NCBI GenBank assembly: GCA_017303535.1
Contig: JAFLCO010000001.1
Coordinates: forward strand, 7,446 to 71,445
Direction: 5' to 3'
DNA from: Planctomycetota bacterium
GTDB lineage: Bacteria > Planctomycetota > Planctomycetia > Pirellulales > PNKZ01
DNA length: 64,000 nucleotides
The stretch's first letter is position 1, and every line of letters begins with the position of its first letter. Of the stretch, positions 54,608-63,478 are shown piece by piece. Under the pieces are notes generated by a model. That model was not told the DNA's origin, searched no databases, and worked only from the letters and a program-made list of their open reading frames with translations. The position numbers and the translations under genes were made by a program.

Positions 54608-56713
54608 ATGCCCGCCCAAAGTCGCAAGGCCAAGCCCGAAAAAAAGTCTGGAAAGTCCTCGAAGTCGAAGCCTGAAGCGGATGCGGTCGAAGCAAAGGCC
54701 GCGACCAACGGCGAAGCGCCGACCGCGGAACCTGTGCCGAAAGCCGCTCCGGCCAAGCGCCGCAGCACGGCCGAGAAGATGGCCGAGGGACAGCGCGATA
54801 TTTCCGTCAGCGAGTTCTTCGCCAAGAACCGCCACCTGCTCGGCTTCGACAATCCGCGCAAGGCGCTGCTGACCACGGTGAAGGAAGCGGTCGACAACTC
54901 GCTCGACGCCTGCGAAGAGGCCGGCATCCTTCCGGAGATCTGGGTGCACCTCGAACAGACCGGCCCGACACGATTCAAAATCGGCATCCAAGACAATGGG
55001 CCGGGCATCGTCAAGAAACAGATCCCGCTGATCTTCGGCAAGCTGTTGTACGGTTCGAAGTTTCATCGTTTGCGGATGAGCCGCGGTCAACAAGGGATCG
55101 GCATCAGTGCCGCCGGCATGTACGGCGTGCTCACCACGGGTAAGCCGGTCAAGATCATCAGCAAGATCGGCAAGAAGCATCCGGCACACTACTACGAAAT
55201 CCAGATCAACACGAAGACCAACGATCCGGAAATCTTGAACGGCAAGGGAGAAGGAGTCGACATCGCATCCGGCGCGAAGATGCAAGCCGACCTCGAGAAG
55301 CACAAAGTCGAGTGGGTCGCCGTTAACGACGCGGGCGAAGAACTCGAAAGCGGCACGCGTGTGACGATCGAACTCGAGGCGATCTACAAGCGCGGGCGCG
55401 GCAGCATCGACGAGTACCTGGAGCAAACGGCGATCGCCAACCCGCACGTGCGGATTCATTTCAAGGATTCGGAGAACAACGAGCGGCTGTTCGAACGCTC
55501 GGCCACGACCTTGCCGCCGGAACCGAAGGAAATTAAGCCGCATCCGTACGGCATCGAACTCGGCCGCCTAATTGCGATGCTCAAAGACACGCGCGAAACG
55601 ACGTTGAGCGCGTTCTTGTCGAGCAGTTTTTCACGCGTCAGTTCCGGTGCGGCGAAGAAGATTTGCGACGCCGCGAAGGTCAGCACGCGGATGTCGCCGA
55701 GCAAGGCCGGCCGTCACGAGGCCGAAGAGTTATTCAAGGCACTGCAAGAAGCGAAGCTCCCGCCGCCGGCGACGGATTGCATCTCGCCGATCGGTGAAGA
55801 ACTGTTGCTCAAGGGCCTGCATCAGGTCGTGCCCGGCGAATTCTACGCCGCCGCCACACGCCCGCCGGCCGTGTATCGCGGGAATCCGTTTCAGATCGAA
55901 GCGGCGCTGGCCTTCGGCGGCTCTCCCGCGGCACAGCGCGTTTCGCTCGACGCGTTGACCGAACTGTTGTCGCAAAGCGATGCACGGACATTGCGGCAGT
56001 TCTTAACGAGCAACTTCGCCGGCCTTGGCAGCGACGCGGCCGACAAGATCATCGCCGAAGCCGAATTTGGAGCACGGCAATCGCCGGGCAAACTGAAGAA
56101 AGACGAGATCGCCAAGCTCCACGAAGCGATGCGGAGCGTGAACCTCGACGATGGACAAACGATGAACGTCCTGCGGTACGCCAACCGCGTGCCGTTGCAG
56201 TTTCAGTTGTCGGCTTGCGCGATCACGCAAACGATTATGCAAACCAACTGGCGCTCGTACGGCATCACGCAATCGCGCAATGCCTTGCCGAGCGGGCCGA
56301 TTTCGCTGATGGTGCATATCGCCAGCGTTTGGGTTCCATTTACGAGCGAAAGCAAGGAAGCCGTCGCAAGTTATCCGGAAATTCAGAAAGAGATCCGGCT
56401 GGCAATCCAGACGGTCGGGCGGAAACTCGGCATGTTTCTCCGTCGCCGATTGGAAGTGAAAGCCGAAGGAGAGCGACGCAACGTGTTCTTGCGATATCTC
56501 GGCGAAGTGGCGGACGCCGTGAGCGACATCCGTGACGCCGAGGATCAACGCGACGAACTCTACAACCAACTTCTGGAAGTCGCCAAGAAGAAGACGGCTC
56601 AAGCCGACGCCAAGTACGACAACCGCGGCAAGAAGATCGAAGACGCCGACGACTTGGAGAACGACAAGAGCGTGCTGATTATTCCTCGTGAAGAACCGGC
56701 CGCCGCCAAGTAG
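54608..56713 (+). CDS. top6B: DNA topoisomerase VI subunit B (GHKL ATPase) with Lys/Pro/Ala-rich N-terminal extension
   Basis: ATG 54608. QRDISVSEFFAKNRHLLGFDNPRKALLTTVKEAVDNSLDA (N-box), IQDNGPGI (G1) and SRGQQGIGISAA (G2). The H2TH/transducer regions follow. Confidence 0.9.
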   Translation: MPAQSRKAKPEKKSGKSSKSKPEADAVEAKAATNGEAPTAEPVPKAAPAKRRSTAEKMAEGQRDISVSEFFAKNRHLLGFDNPRKALLTTVKEAVDNSLDACEEAGILPEIWVHLEQTGPTRFKIGIQDNGPGIVKKQIPLIFGKLLYGSKFHRLRMSRGQQGIGISAAGMYGVLTTGKPVKIISKIGKKHPAHYYEIQINTKTNDPEILNGKGEGVDIASGAKMQADLEKHKVEWVAVNDAGEELESGTRVTIELEAIYKRGRGSIDEYLEQTAIANPHVRIHFKDSENNERLFERSATTLPPEPKEIKPHPYGIELGRLIAMLKDTRETTLSAFLSSSFSRVSSGAAKKICDAAKVSTRMSPSKAGRHEAEELFKALQEAKLPPPATDCISPIGEELLLKGLHQVVPGEFYAAATRPPAVYRGNPFQIEAALAFGGSPAAQRVSLDALTELLSQSDARTLRQFLTSNFAGLGSDAADKIIAEAEFGARQSPGKLKKDEIAKLHEAMRSVNLDDGQTMNVLRYANRVPLQFQLSACAITQTIMQTNWRSYGITQSRNALPSGPISLMVHIASVWVPFTSESKEAVASYPEIQKEIRLAIQTVGRKLGMFLRRRLEVKAEGERRNVFLRYLGEVADAVSDIRDAEDQRDELYNQLLEVAKKKTAQADAKYDNRGKKIEDADDLENDKSVLIIPREEPAAAK

Positions 56714-56755
56714 CGACGCTTAAGCTTTCCCGACACACCTGATACCGATAAGACG

Positions 56756-57910
56756 ATGGCCAAGAAACCGAAGAAGAATGCGGGCGAAAAGAAAGCCGCT
56801 AAGCCCACAGACCTTTCACCGCGCGACAAGAAAACGCTGGGCTCGCTCGTGACGGTCGCCGTCGACGTCGTCGAGGCGGCCCAAAAGAAAAGAGATCCGC
56901 AACTCGCGATTCCTTTGCGTGCCCTCTCGAACGTCAAGTTCAACAAGACCAAGCGCATGATCGAGATGGGCTCGGCCAAAAACGCGCGGCAATTGTTCAA
57001 CCTGAACCAAGCCAAGTCGTACATGCAGTCGCTGCTCGTGGCCAAGGGCTGCAAGCAACTCATCTACGACAACAAGAATTGCAGCCTGCGAAGCTTGTAC
57101 TACATGCTCAAGCACACGATCGCAGGCACCAAGGAAGAAACCTTCGCCGGTCAGGAAGAGTGCGATCCGATCATCGAAGATATGGAAGTGACGCTCAACG
57201 CGTTGCGCGAAGAGTTGCATCTCTTCGCCGAGAATCGCGGCAACATCGCCGGGCCGATCGTCGTCACCGACAAAGGCTTCGACATCGACTGCGCCCGCAT
57301 GGGTTCCGCCGGTTACAGCATTCCGTCGATCATGGAACCCGACCGGATTCAGTTCAAGAAGTGCACCGCCGACTTCGTCCTGCACGTCGAAAAAGGTACG
57401 GTTTGGAATCGCTTCAACGAAGATGAGTTCTGGAAGAAGCATAACTGCCTGATCACGCACGGCATGGGCCAGCCCCCGCGCGGCGTCCGGCGGATGTTGT
57501 ATCGGCTTAACAACGAACTCAAGCTGCCGGTCTATTGCCTGCTCGATAACGACCCGTGGGGGTACTACATCTACAGCGTCATCAAGCAGGGCTCGATCAA
57601 CCTCGCCTTTGAGAGCACGCGGATGGCGGTGCCCGACGCGAAGTTCATCGGTATTCGCTCGATGGACGTCGATCGTTACCAGCTTTCGGACAGCGTCAAA
57701 ATCAAGCTGAACGACACGGACATCAAGCGGGCGAACCAAGTCCGCAACTACCCGTGGTTCAAGGATAAGAAGCCGTGGCAGAAAGAGGTCGAGACGATGC
57801 TCGCCAACGGCATCAAGCTCGAAGTGGAAGCCCTGACGAGCAAGTCGCTCAGCTTCGTGACGGAGACGTACGTGCCCGCTCGGCTGAAGGATAAAGACTG
57901 GCTCGATTAG
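56756..57910 (+). CDS. top6A: DNA topoisomerase VI subunit A (Spo11/Top6A)
   Basis: 384 aa. Catalytic-Tyr region LRSLYYMLK. Toprim motifs FVLHVEKGTVW and YCLLDNDPWGYYIY. Confidence 0.9.
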   Translation: MAKKPKKNAGEKKAAKPTDLSPRDKKTLGSLVTVAVDVVEAAQKKRDPQLAIPLRALSNVKFNKTKRMIEMGSAKNARQLFNLNQAKSYMQSLLVAKGCKQLIYDNKNCSLRSLYYMLKHTIAGTKEETFAGQEECDPIIEDMEVTLNALREELHLFAENRGNIAGPIVVTDKGFDIDCARMGSAGYSIPSIMEPDRIQFKKCTADFVLHVEKGTVWNRFNEDEFWKKHNCLITHGMGQPPRGVRRMLYRLNNELKLPVYCLLDNDPWGYYIYSVIKQGSINLAFESTRMAVPDAKFIGIRSMDVDRYQLSDSVKIKLNDTDIKRANQVRNYPWFKDKKPWQKEVETMLANGIKLEVEALTSKSLSFVTETYVPARLKDKDWLD

Positions 57911-57995
57911 AAGTCGTCGCGGCTGTTTCTACGGTCGGTCTTCGTCGCGAGAGCGGCCGGCGTTTTTAGATGCCGGCCGCTACAATGCCCCCACG

Positions 57996-59066
57996 ATGAC
58001 TCCTTCGTTGTGGGCCGACATCGCCGTGTTTCCGTACGAGCCGCCGCTGGTGACGGTCATCGTCCTCTCGTTGTTCTTGCTATTCATGGGAGCCTGCGTC
58101 GGCAGTTTTCTCAACGTCGTCATCTACCGTGTGCCGGCGGGCCTAAGCATCGTAAAGCCGCGTTCGCGCTGCCCGCGCTGCCTGACGCCGATTCTCGGCC
58201 GCGACAACGTTCCCGTCATCGGCTGGCTCGTGCTTCGCGGACGTTGCCGCTTCTGCCGAACTTGGATACCTGCGCGCTATCCGCTTGTCGAAGCAACGTT
58301 CGGGCTGGCGTTTCTGCTTTTGTGCTGGGGCGAAGCGATTGTGCCCGGCTATACTCTGCCGATCCCCTTCGGCGAAATTGAAGAGTACCCGCTGTTCGGC
58401 ATCGCGGGTTACCACTTCGCGCTCGTCTGCGGCTTGGGCGCTGCGGCGCTAATGACTTACGACGGCGGCGTGGTCCCCGCCGGCTTTTGGCGGGTGATTC
58501 TCGCCATCGGCATGTTGCCGCCGCTGGTTTGGCCGGAGTTGCGACCGATCCCTTTCAGGCCGGACGCGGAACTTTACGGGCGACTGGTCGCCGGCACGGC
58601 GGATGGTGCCATGGGCGCGTTGGTCGGCGCTTTACTCGGCGTCGCCGCTTGGCCGGTTGCGGTGATCGGCGCTCGTGCGCGAAGCGGCCATTTGAACTCG
58701 GTCGCGGCGCTCGCGGCCGTCGGAGCGTTTCTCGGCTGGCAAGCGGTCTTGGCCGTGGCCGGCGTCGTCGCGGCTCTAACGTTGCTGCAGTCTTCGTTAC
58801 GAGGCATCGGCTTCGTCAGTCGGTTTCCCTGGCTCGGGTTCGTCGCAATCACGACGTTCGGGTTTTTGCTCGGCTGGCGCTGGTTCGTCGCGCACAGTCT
58901 TGTCGACAAGACGCGCTGGCTCGGCTCGAAGGCTCCGCTGCTGCTGATTCCGGCCGGGATTGCGGGAACGTTCGCCCTCGCGCTCGCCGCAGGAAAGCTG
59001 CATCGCCCCATTTCGAGATCGACTCCGGCTAACACCTTAAGCACGCCGCCGGCAGCTACGCACTGA
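57996..59066 (+). CDS. Prepilin peptidase-like A24 family membrane protein (PilD-type N-terminal Zn-finger domain, divergent catalytic motifs)
   Basis: CVGSFLNVVIYRVP...CPRCLTPILGRDNVPVIGWLVLRGRCRFCRTWIPARYPLVE is the DiS-P-DiS N-domain. The peptidase part has TYDGGVVP and GTADGAMGAL in place of the canonical GxGDxKL. Confidence 0.65.
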   Translation: MTPSLWADIAVFPYEPPLVTVIVLSLFLLFMGACVGSFLNVVIYRVPAGLSIVKPRSRCPRCLTPILGRDNVPVIGWLVLRGRCRFCRTWIPARYPLVEATFGLAFLLLCWGEAIVPGYTLPIPFGEIEEYPLFGIAGYHFALVCGLGAAALMTYDGGVVPAGFWRVILAIGMLPPLVWPELRPIPFRPDAELYGRLVAGTADGAMGALVGALLGVAAWPVAVIGARARSGHLNSVAALAAVGAFLGWQAVLAVAGVVAALTLLQSSLRGIGFVSRFPWLGFVAITTFGFLLGWRWFVAHSLVDKTRWLGSKAPLLLIPAGIAGTFALALAAGKLHRPISRSTPANTLSTPPAATH

Positions 59067-59089
59067 CACAACCTCGCGGCGTTTCAACC

Positions 59090-60475
59090 ATGCTTAACAT
59101 CACGTTCCACGGCGCCGCGGAAACCGTCACCGGCTCGAAGTATTTGCTGGAAACCGACGACGCCCGAGTGCTCATCGATTGCGGCCTCTTTCAAGGGCTC
59201 AAGGAACTGCGACTCCGCAACTGGGCCGACCTGCCTTTTCGTCCACAGTCGGTGAATGCCGTCGTGCTGACGCATGCCCACATCGACCACATCGGGTACC
59301 TGCCGCGATTTGTGAAGACCGGCTTTCGCGGGCCGATCTACTGCACCCCGGCGACGGAAGAACTCTGCGAAATCCTGCTCTACGACTCCGCAAGCAACCA
59401 AGAGAACGACGCCGAGTACGCCAACCGCAAAGGATTCTCCAAGCACCGGCCCGCGCTACCGTTGTACGAAGCGACGGACGTCGGCCATACGATCAAGCTG
59501 CTTCAAGGCGTCTCGCGCGACAAGTGGTTCAACCCAGCCGGTTCGATCTGGTGCCGCTTCCACAACGCCGGGCACTTGCTCGGCTCGGCCATGATCGAGG
59601 TCGAGGTTCGCCGGCCGGAGAAGATGACGCGCATCTTGTTTTCCGGCGACGTCGGCCGTTATGGAGCGCCCCTCTATCACGATCCCGAACCGCCGCCGCC
59701 TTGCGACTATCTGATCTGCGAAAGCACTTACGGCGATCGCGAACATGCGCCGCAGAAGATACTCGATCAACTGTGCGACGTCGTGCAAGACTCGATTCGT
59801 CGCGGTGGCGTCATGCTAACGGCTTCGTTCGCCGTCGGTCGGGCCCAGCAGTTAATCTTTCTCTTGCGCGTGCTCGAGAAAGCGGGCCGGATCCCGCGGA
59901 TTCCGATTTATCTCGATAGTCCGATGGCGGCCAGCGCGACGCTTGTCTTCAACAAGTACGCGGACGAACACGACATGACGGAAGACAAATCGATCAGTCC
60001 CGCGGAAGCCCTGAAGGCGCCGAACGTGCACATCATGCGCACGGTCGATGAATCGCGGCGGATCAACTCCGTGCAGGGCCCGGCGGTGATCATCGCCTCC
60101 AACGGAATGATGACCGGCGGTCGCATTTTGCATCATATGAAACAGCGGTTGCCGGATGCTCGCAACACCATCGTACTCGGCGGCTACATGGCGCCTGGGA
60201 CGCGCGGGCGCGACATTATCGAAGGCCGCGACCGTATTCGTATCCACGGCCAAGACGTACCGGTGCGGGCCCAGCGAGCTTCAATTTCGGCCATCAGCGG
60301 ACACGCCGACCGCCGTGAGTTGCTGCGCTGGCTCTCAAAACTCCCGCCGCCGAAGCGTACGTTTCTCACGCACGGCGAGCTTTCCGCGGCGAACGCCTTG
60401 GCCGAAACTCTGCGGACGGAGCGGCAATGGGACGTCGTCATCCCGCAACAAGGTGCCGAGTTTCCGCTGGTTTGA
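59090..60475 (+). CDS. MBL-fold beta-CASP family ribonuclease/hydrolase
   Basis: 461 aa. FHGAAETVTGS, LIDCG and THAHIDHIGYLP (HxHxDH), plus later beta-CASP motifs (ESTYGDR, ISAISGHAD). Confidence 0.85.
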   Translation: MLNITFHGAAETVTGSKYLLETDDARVLIDCGLFQGLKELRLRNWADLPFRPQSVNAVVLTHAHIDHIGYLPRFVKTGFRGPIYCTPATEELCEILLYDSASNQENDAEYANRKGFSKHRPALPLYEATDVGHTIKLLQGVSRDKWFNPAGSIWCRFHNAGHLLGSAMIEVEVRRPEKMTRILFSGDVGRYGAPLYHDPEPPPPCDYLICESTYGDREHAPQKILDQLCDVVQDSIRRGGVMLTASFAVGRAQQLIFLLRVLEKAGRIPRIPIYLDSPMAASATLVFNKYADEHDMTEDKSISPAEALKAPNVHIMRTVDESRRINSVQGPAVIIASNGMMTGGRILHHMKQRLPDARNTIVLGGYMAPGTRGRDIIEGRDRIRIHGQDVPVRAQRASISAISGHADRRELLRWLSKLPPPKRTFLTHGELSAANALAETLRTERQWDVVIPQQGAEFPLV

Positions 60476-60487
60476 CGTCGTGCGAAA

Positions 60488-62467
60488 TCAGATCGGCACT
60501 TGGCGCTCGCGCTTCGGTTTCGCCGAGCCGTTTTCATCGGGCTGACGGCGGCGCGGGCGGCGCCAGAAACGGGCCGCCAGCGAATCTTGATTCAGCGCCA
60601 AGTGCCCGCCGTACGGTTCATTCTCGCGCTGCCAATCGTGCAGCAAATCGAGGCAGGCGCGGTCGATGACGTCGAGCGCCTCGACGTTGAGCCGAAGCTC
60701 GGCGTCGCGCGGAACTTCGGCCAGCGCGTCGGCCAAGAACGGCAGCCGAAGAAATGTGGCGTTCCCGCGCAACGTCAGCGTGTAGCGGCCAAGTTCCGGC
60801 TCGGACGTACGGGCGATTTCCAATCGTGAAAACTCCCAGACGAGCCGACCCAGCGAGCAGCCGATGCCGATCAACAGGCCGGGCAAGAGGCCGACGACGA
60901 ACACGCTGGCGGCCGTGGCGATGAAGATCGCGGCATCCTGACGATTCTCGCGCCAGAGACGAATCGCCGCGCGATGATCGATGAGTCGGAAGCCGGTGTA
61001 AACCATCACGGCGGCCAGCGCCGAAATCGGCACCAAATGCAGCCATTGCAACGCGGCGGCGACGAACACCGCTAAGAAAGCCGCATGTGCGATCCCCGCG
61101 AGACGCGATTGGGCGCCGGCCCGAGCATTGGCCGAACTTTTGACGAGCGATCCGGCAACCGGTAGCGCACGAAGCAAACCGCAACAAACGTTCGCAATTC
61201 CCTGCCCGAGCAATTCGCGATTGAAGTCCGAACGTGGCCCCGAGTGTCGACGGTCGATGCGCGTGGCGCAAAGCAGTGATTCGGCACTGGCCACCAAGGC
61301 GAATTCGACGGCCAACAGCAGCAAGGCGGGATTGGCAAGCTTCGCAAACTCGCCGCGATTCGGGAAGAACGTCTCGCCGAAGAGCCGCGTCGGTAGTTCC
61401 ACGAAATCCAGCGGCAATTGCCAAACGGTCGCCGCCGCCGTCATCGCCGCCACGGCTAGGATCACGCCGGGGAGGTACGGCATCCGCGGCACGACCAGCG
61501 ATTGCCAGCCGATAATGAGCGTGATGGTGAGTATACCAATTGTTGCCGCCCAACGATGGTGCTTAGTCGTGTCGCGCGCGGCGATGAGCAATGACTCCGC
61601 CCGGTCTTGTGAAGCCCGGGCCGCTGCGACGTCGCCGGCTTCGAGATCGGCGAGCGCCTTCTGCGCGCCCGTCAATGCCGCCGGGATTGCCGTCGAGCCG
61701 ACGTCGCCGCGGAGCGTCGCGAGTTCATCTACGATTTGCTTTTGGCGCGGAGCAAGATCCTGGAGCGACGCCGCGAGCAGCATGGCTCGAACCGTCGCTT
61801 CATCTTCGTCGTTCTCCGAATCGTCGTCTTCCGCCGCCGCAAGTTCTTCGCCGGCCAACAAGTGGTGTACTTCTTCGAGAAGTTCGTTCTGTCGTTGATG
61901 CAGACCGCTGAGGCGATCCATCGCGTTGCGAACCGCCGCTCGTTGCTCGGCCGTTTCCAGCGTCGGCGGCGGGAAGCCCTTGGCCACGGCTTCGGGAATG
62001 GTGACGAGGTTCGCGATGCCGGAATCTTTCGGGCGATCGTCGACCATCACGTGAAACTGCGAGGCGAAAATGAGCAACCCGATGCCCGCCATCAGCCCTT
62101 GCAATACGGCCGGTGAAACGGCCCGGTACCATACGCCGAGGCGAAAAAGCGAGAATAGAATCTGCAACATCCCGCACACGATCACGAGCACGCCGAGGCT
62201 CTCGATGCCGTGTTGTTGCCAAGCTTGATAGACCAACACCGTCAGCGCCACCGAAGGGCCGGAAACAACGAGCGGAGCGCCGCCGAGCAGGCTCACGACC
62301 AATCCGCCGACGATGCCGGCGGTGAGGCCCGCCGACACGGGCACTCCGGCCGCTACGGCGACGGCCATCGAAAGCGGCAGCGCGACCAAGAACACGATCA
62401 GCGCGGCCGGCAGATCCTGCTTCCAGGTTGCGCCGAGCCGTTGCGAAAGCTGTGATTTCGGCGTCAT
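60488..62467 (-). CDS. SulP family anion transporter with STAS domain and a ~140-aa soluble insertion
   Basis: 659 aa. SulP N-terminus DLPAALIVFLVALPLSMAVAVAAGV. C-terminal STAS-like YTLTLRGNATFLRLPFL. The insert is about aa 165-303. Adjacent to the carbonic anhydrase gene. Confidence 0.82.
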   Translation of the reverse strand: MTPKSQLSQRLGATWKQDLPAALIVFLVALPLSMAVAVAAGVPVSAGLTAGIVGGLVVSLLGGAPLVVSGPSVALTVLVYQAWQQHGIESLGVLVIVCGMLQILFSLFRLGVWYRAVSPAVLQGLMAGIGLLIFASQFHVMVDDRPKDSGIANLVTIPEAVAKGFPPPTLETAEQRAAVRNAMDRLSGLHQRQNELLEEVHHLLAGEELAAAEDDDSENDEDEATVRAMLLAASLQDLAPRQKQIVDELATLRGDVGSTAIPAALTGAQKALADLEAGDVAAARASQDRAESLLIAARDTTKHHRWAATIGILTITLIIGWQSLVVPRMPYLPGVILAVAAMTAAATVWQLPLDFVELPTRLFGETFFPNRGEFAKLANPALLLLAVEFALVASAESLLCATRIDRRHSGPRSDFNRELLGQGIANVCCGLLRALPVAGSLVKSSANARAGAQSRLAGIAHAAFLAVFVAAALQWLHLVPISALAAVMVYTGFRLIDHRAAIRLWRENRQDAAIFIATAASVFVVGLLPGLLIGIGCSLGRLVWEFSRLEIARTSEPELGRYTLTLRGNATFLRLPFLADALAEVPRDAELRLNVEALDVIDRACLDLLHDWQRENEPYGGHLALNQDSLAARFWRRPRRRQPDENGSAKPKRERQVPI

Positions 62468-62518
62468 CTCGCGGCCTCTTGCTAGAAACTCAGAAGTCGA
62501 TAGGCGGACGGCGCGCCG

Positions 62519-63160
62519 CTAAACATTGGCCGTCTCGGCCACGGCGGTTTCCGAAAGCGGCAGGAACCGGCCTTCGGCATCGTCATAGGCGAAGACTTCG
62601 CCGGCCTCGATCTTGAACATCCAACCATGCAAGGTCAGCGCGCCACGCACCAGCCGCGACGCCACGACCGGATGAGTCTGCAGAATCTCCAACTGCATCA
62701 GCACGTGCTCTTGCGCGGCAATATTGACCAGCGCATCGCCCGTGTAGTCTTCGTAATTGTCGCGCAAGATGCGGCGCGTCGATTCGGCGTATTTCAGCCA
62801 GTCGTTGACGATCGGCATCCCTTCCGCCGCGCCGGGCGTGACCAGCGCCTTCATCGCGCCGCATTGCGTATGGCCGCAGACGATGATGTGCTCGACCTTC
62901 AAATGTTCGACGGCGAACTCGATCGTCGCCGCCTCGCCGCCTCCCGCGTTCGGCGGAGGAATAATGTTCCCGGCGTTGCGGAGGACGAAAAGTTCACCGG
63001 GCGCGGTTTGCGTTATCAGGTTCGGCACGATCCGCGAGTCGCTACAAGTGATAAAGAGCGCTTGCGGATGCTGACCGGCGGCGAGCTTCTTGTAGTACTC
63101 ACGCTGCTGCGCGAAGACTTCCGTGCGGAAACGGCGAACGCCTTGGACAAGGTTGCGCAT
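62519..63160 (-). CDS. Beta-class carbonic anhydrase
   Basis: 213 aa. CSDSRIVP and VCGHTQCGAM zinc-ligand motifs. Confidence 0.9.
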   Translation of the reverse strand: MRNLVQGVRRFRTEVFAQQREYYKKLAAGQHPQALFITCSDSRIVPNLITQTAPGELFVLRNAGNIIPPPNAGGGEAATIEFAVEHLKVEHIIVCGHTQCGAMKALVTPGAAEGMPIVNDWLKYAESTRRILRDNYEDYTGDALVNIAAQEHVLMQLEILQTHPVVASRLVRGALTLHGWMFKIEAGEVFAYDDAEGRFLPLSETAVAETANV

Positions 63161-63389
63161 GGAGACTCAAGTCGCTAGGGAACAATTGACGGCGGCGGAA
63201 CGTGTCCGCCGAATACATGCGCTGCCGCCAAAAGGAGTAGAGCGGCCGAAAGCGAGGCATGACCTTCCGAACAAAGCTTACAGGAACGTAAGTTTCGTTA
63301 ATGGATTTTTACTTTGCCCGCTCGGCCGGGTCTAGGTAAGAACGCCGAGATTGGGCCGAAAACCGCTCATTTGGACTCGCAGAATACCC

Positions 63390-63441
63390 AAAAAACGAAC
63401 CACGCCGACGGATCGCATGGAACCGTCGGCGTGGGGTTTTT
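63390..63441. terminator. Rho-independent terminator downstream of the Cys-rich ORF (bidirectional shape)
   Basis: 12-bp stem ccacgccgacgg / ccgtcggcgtgg, flanked by aaaaaa (left) and ttttt (right). Confidence 0.6.
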
Positions 63442-63478
63442 GAAGCAAGACCCGGCAGGCCTCAGGGCGACTCGTCGA

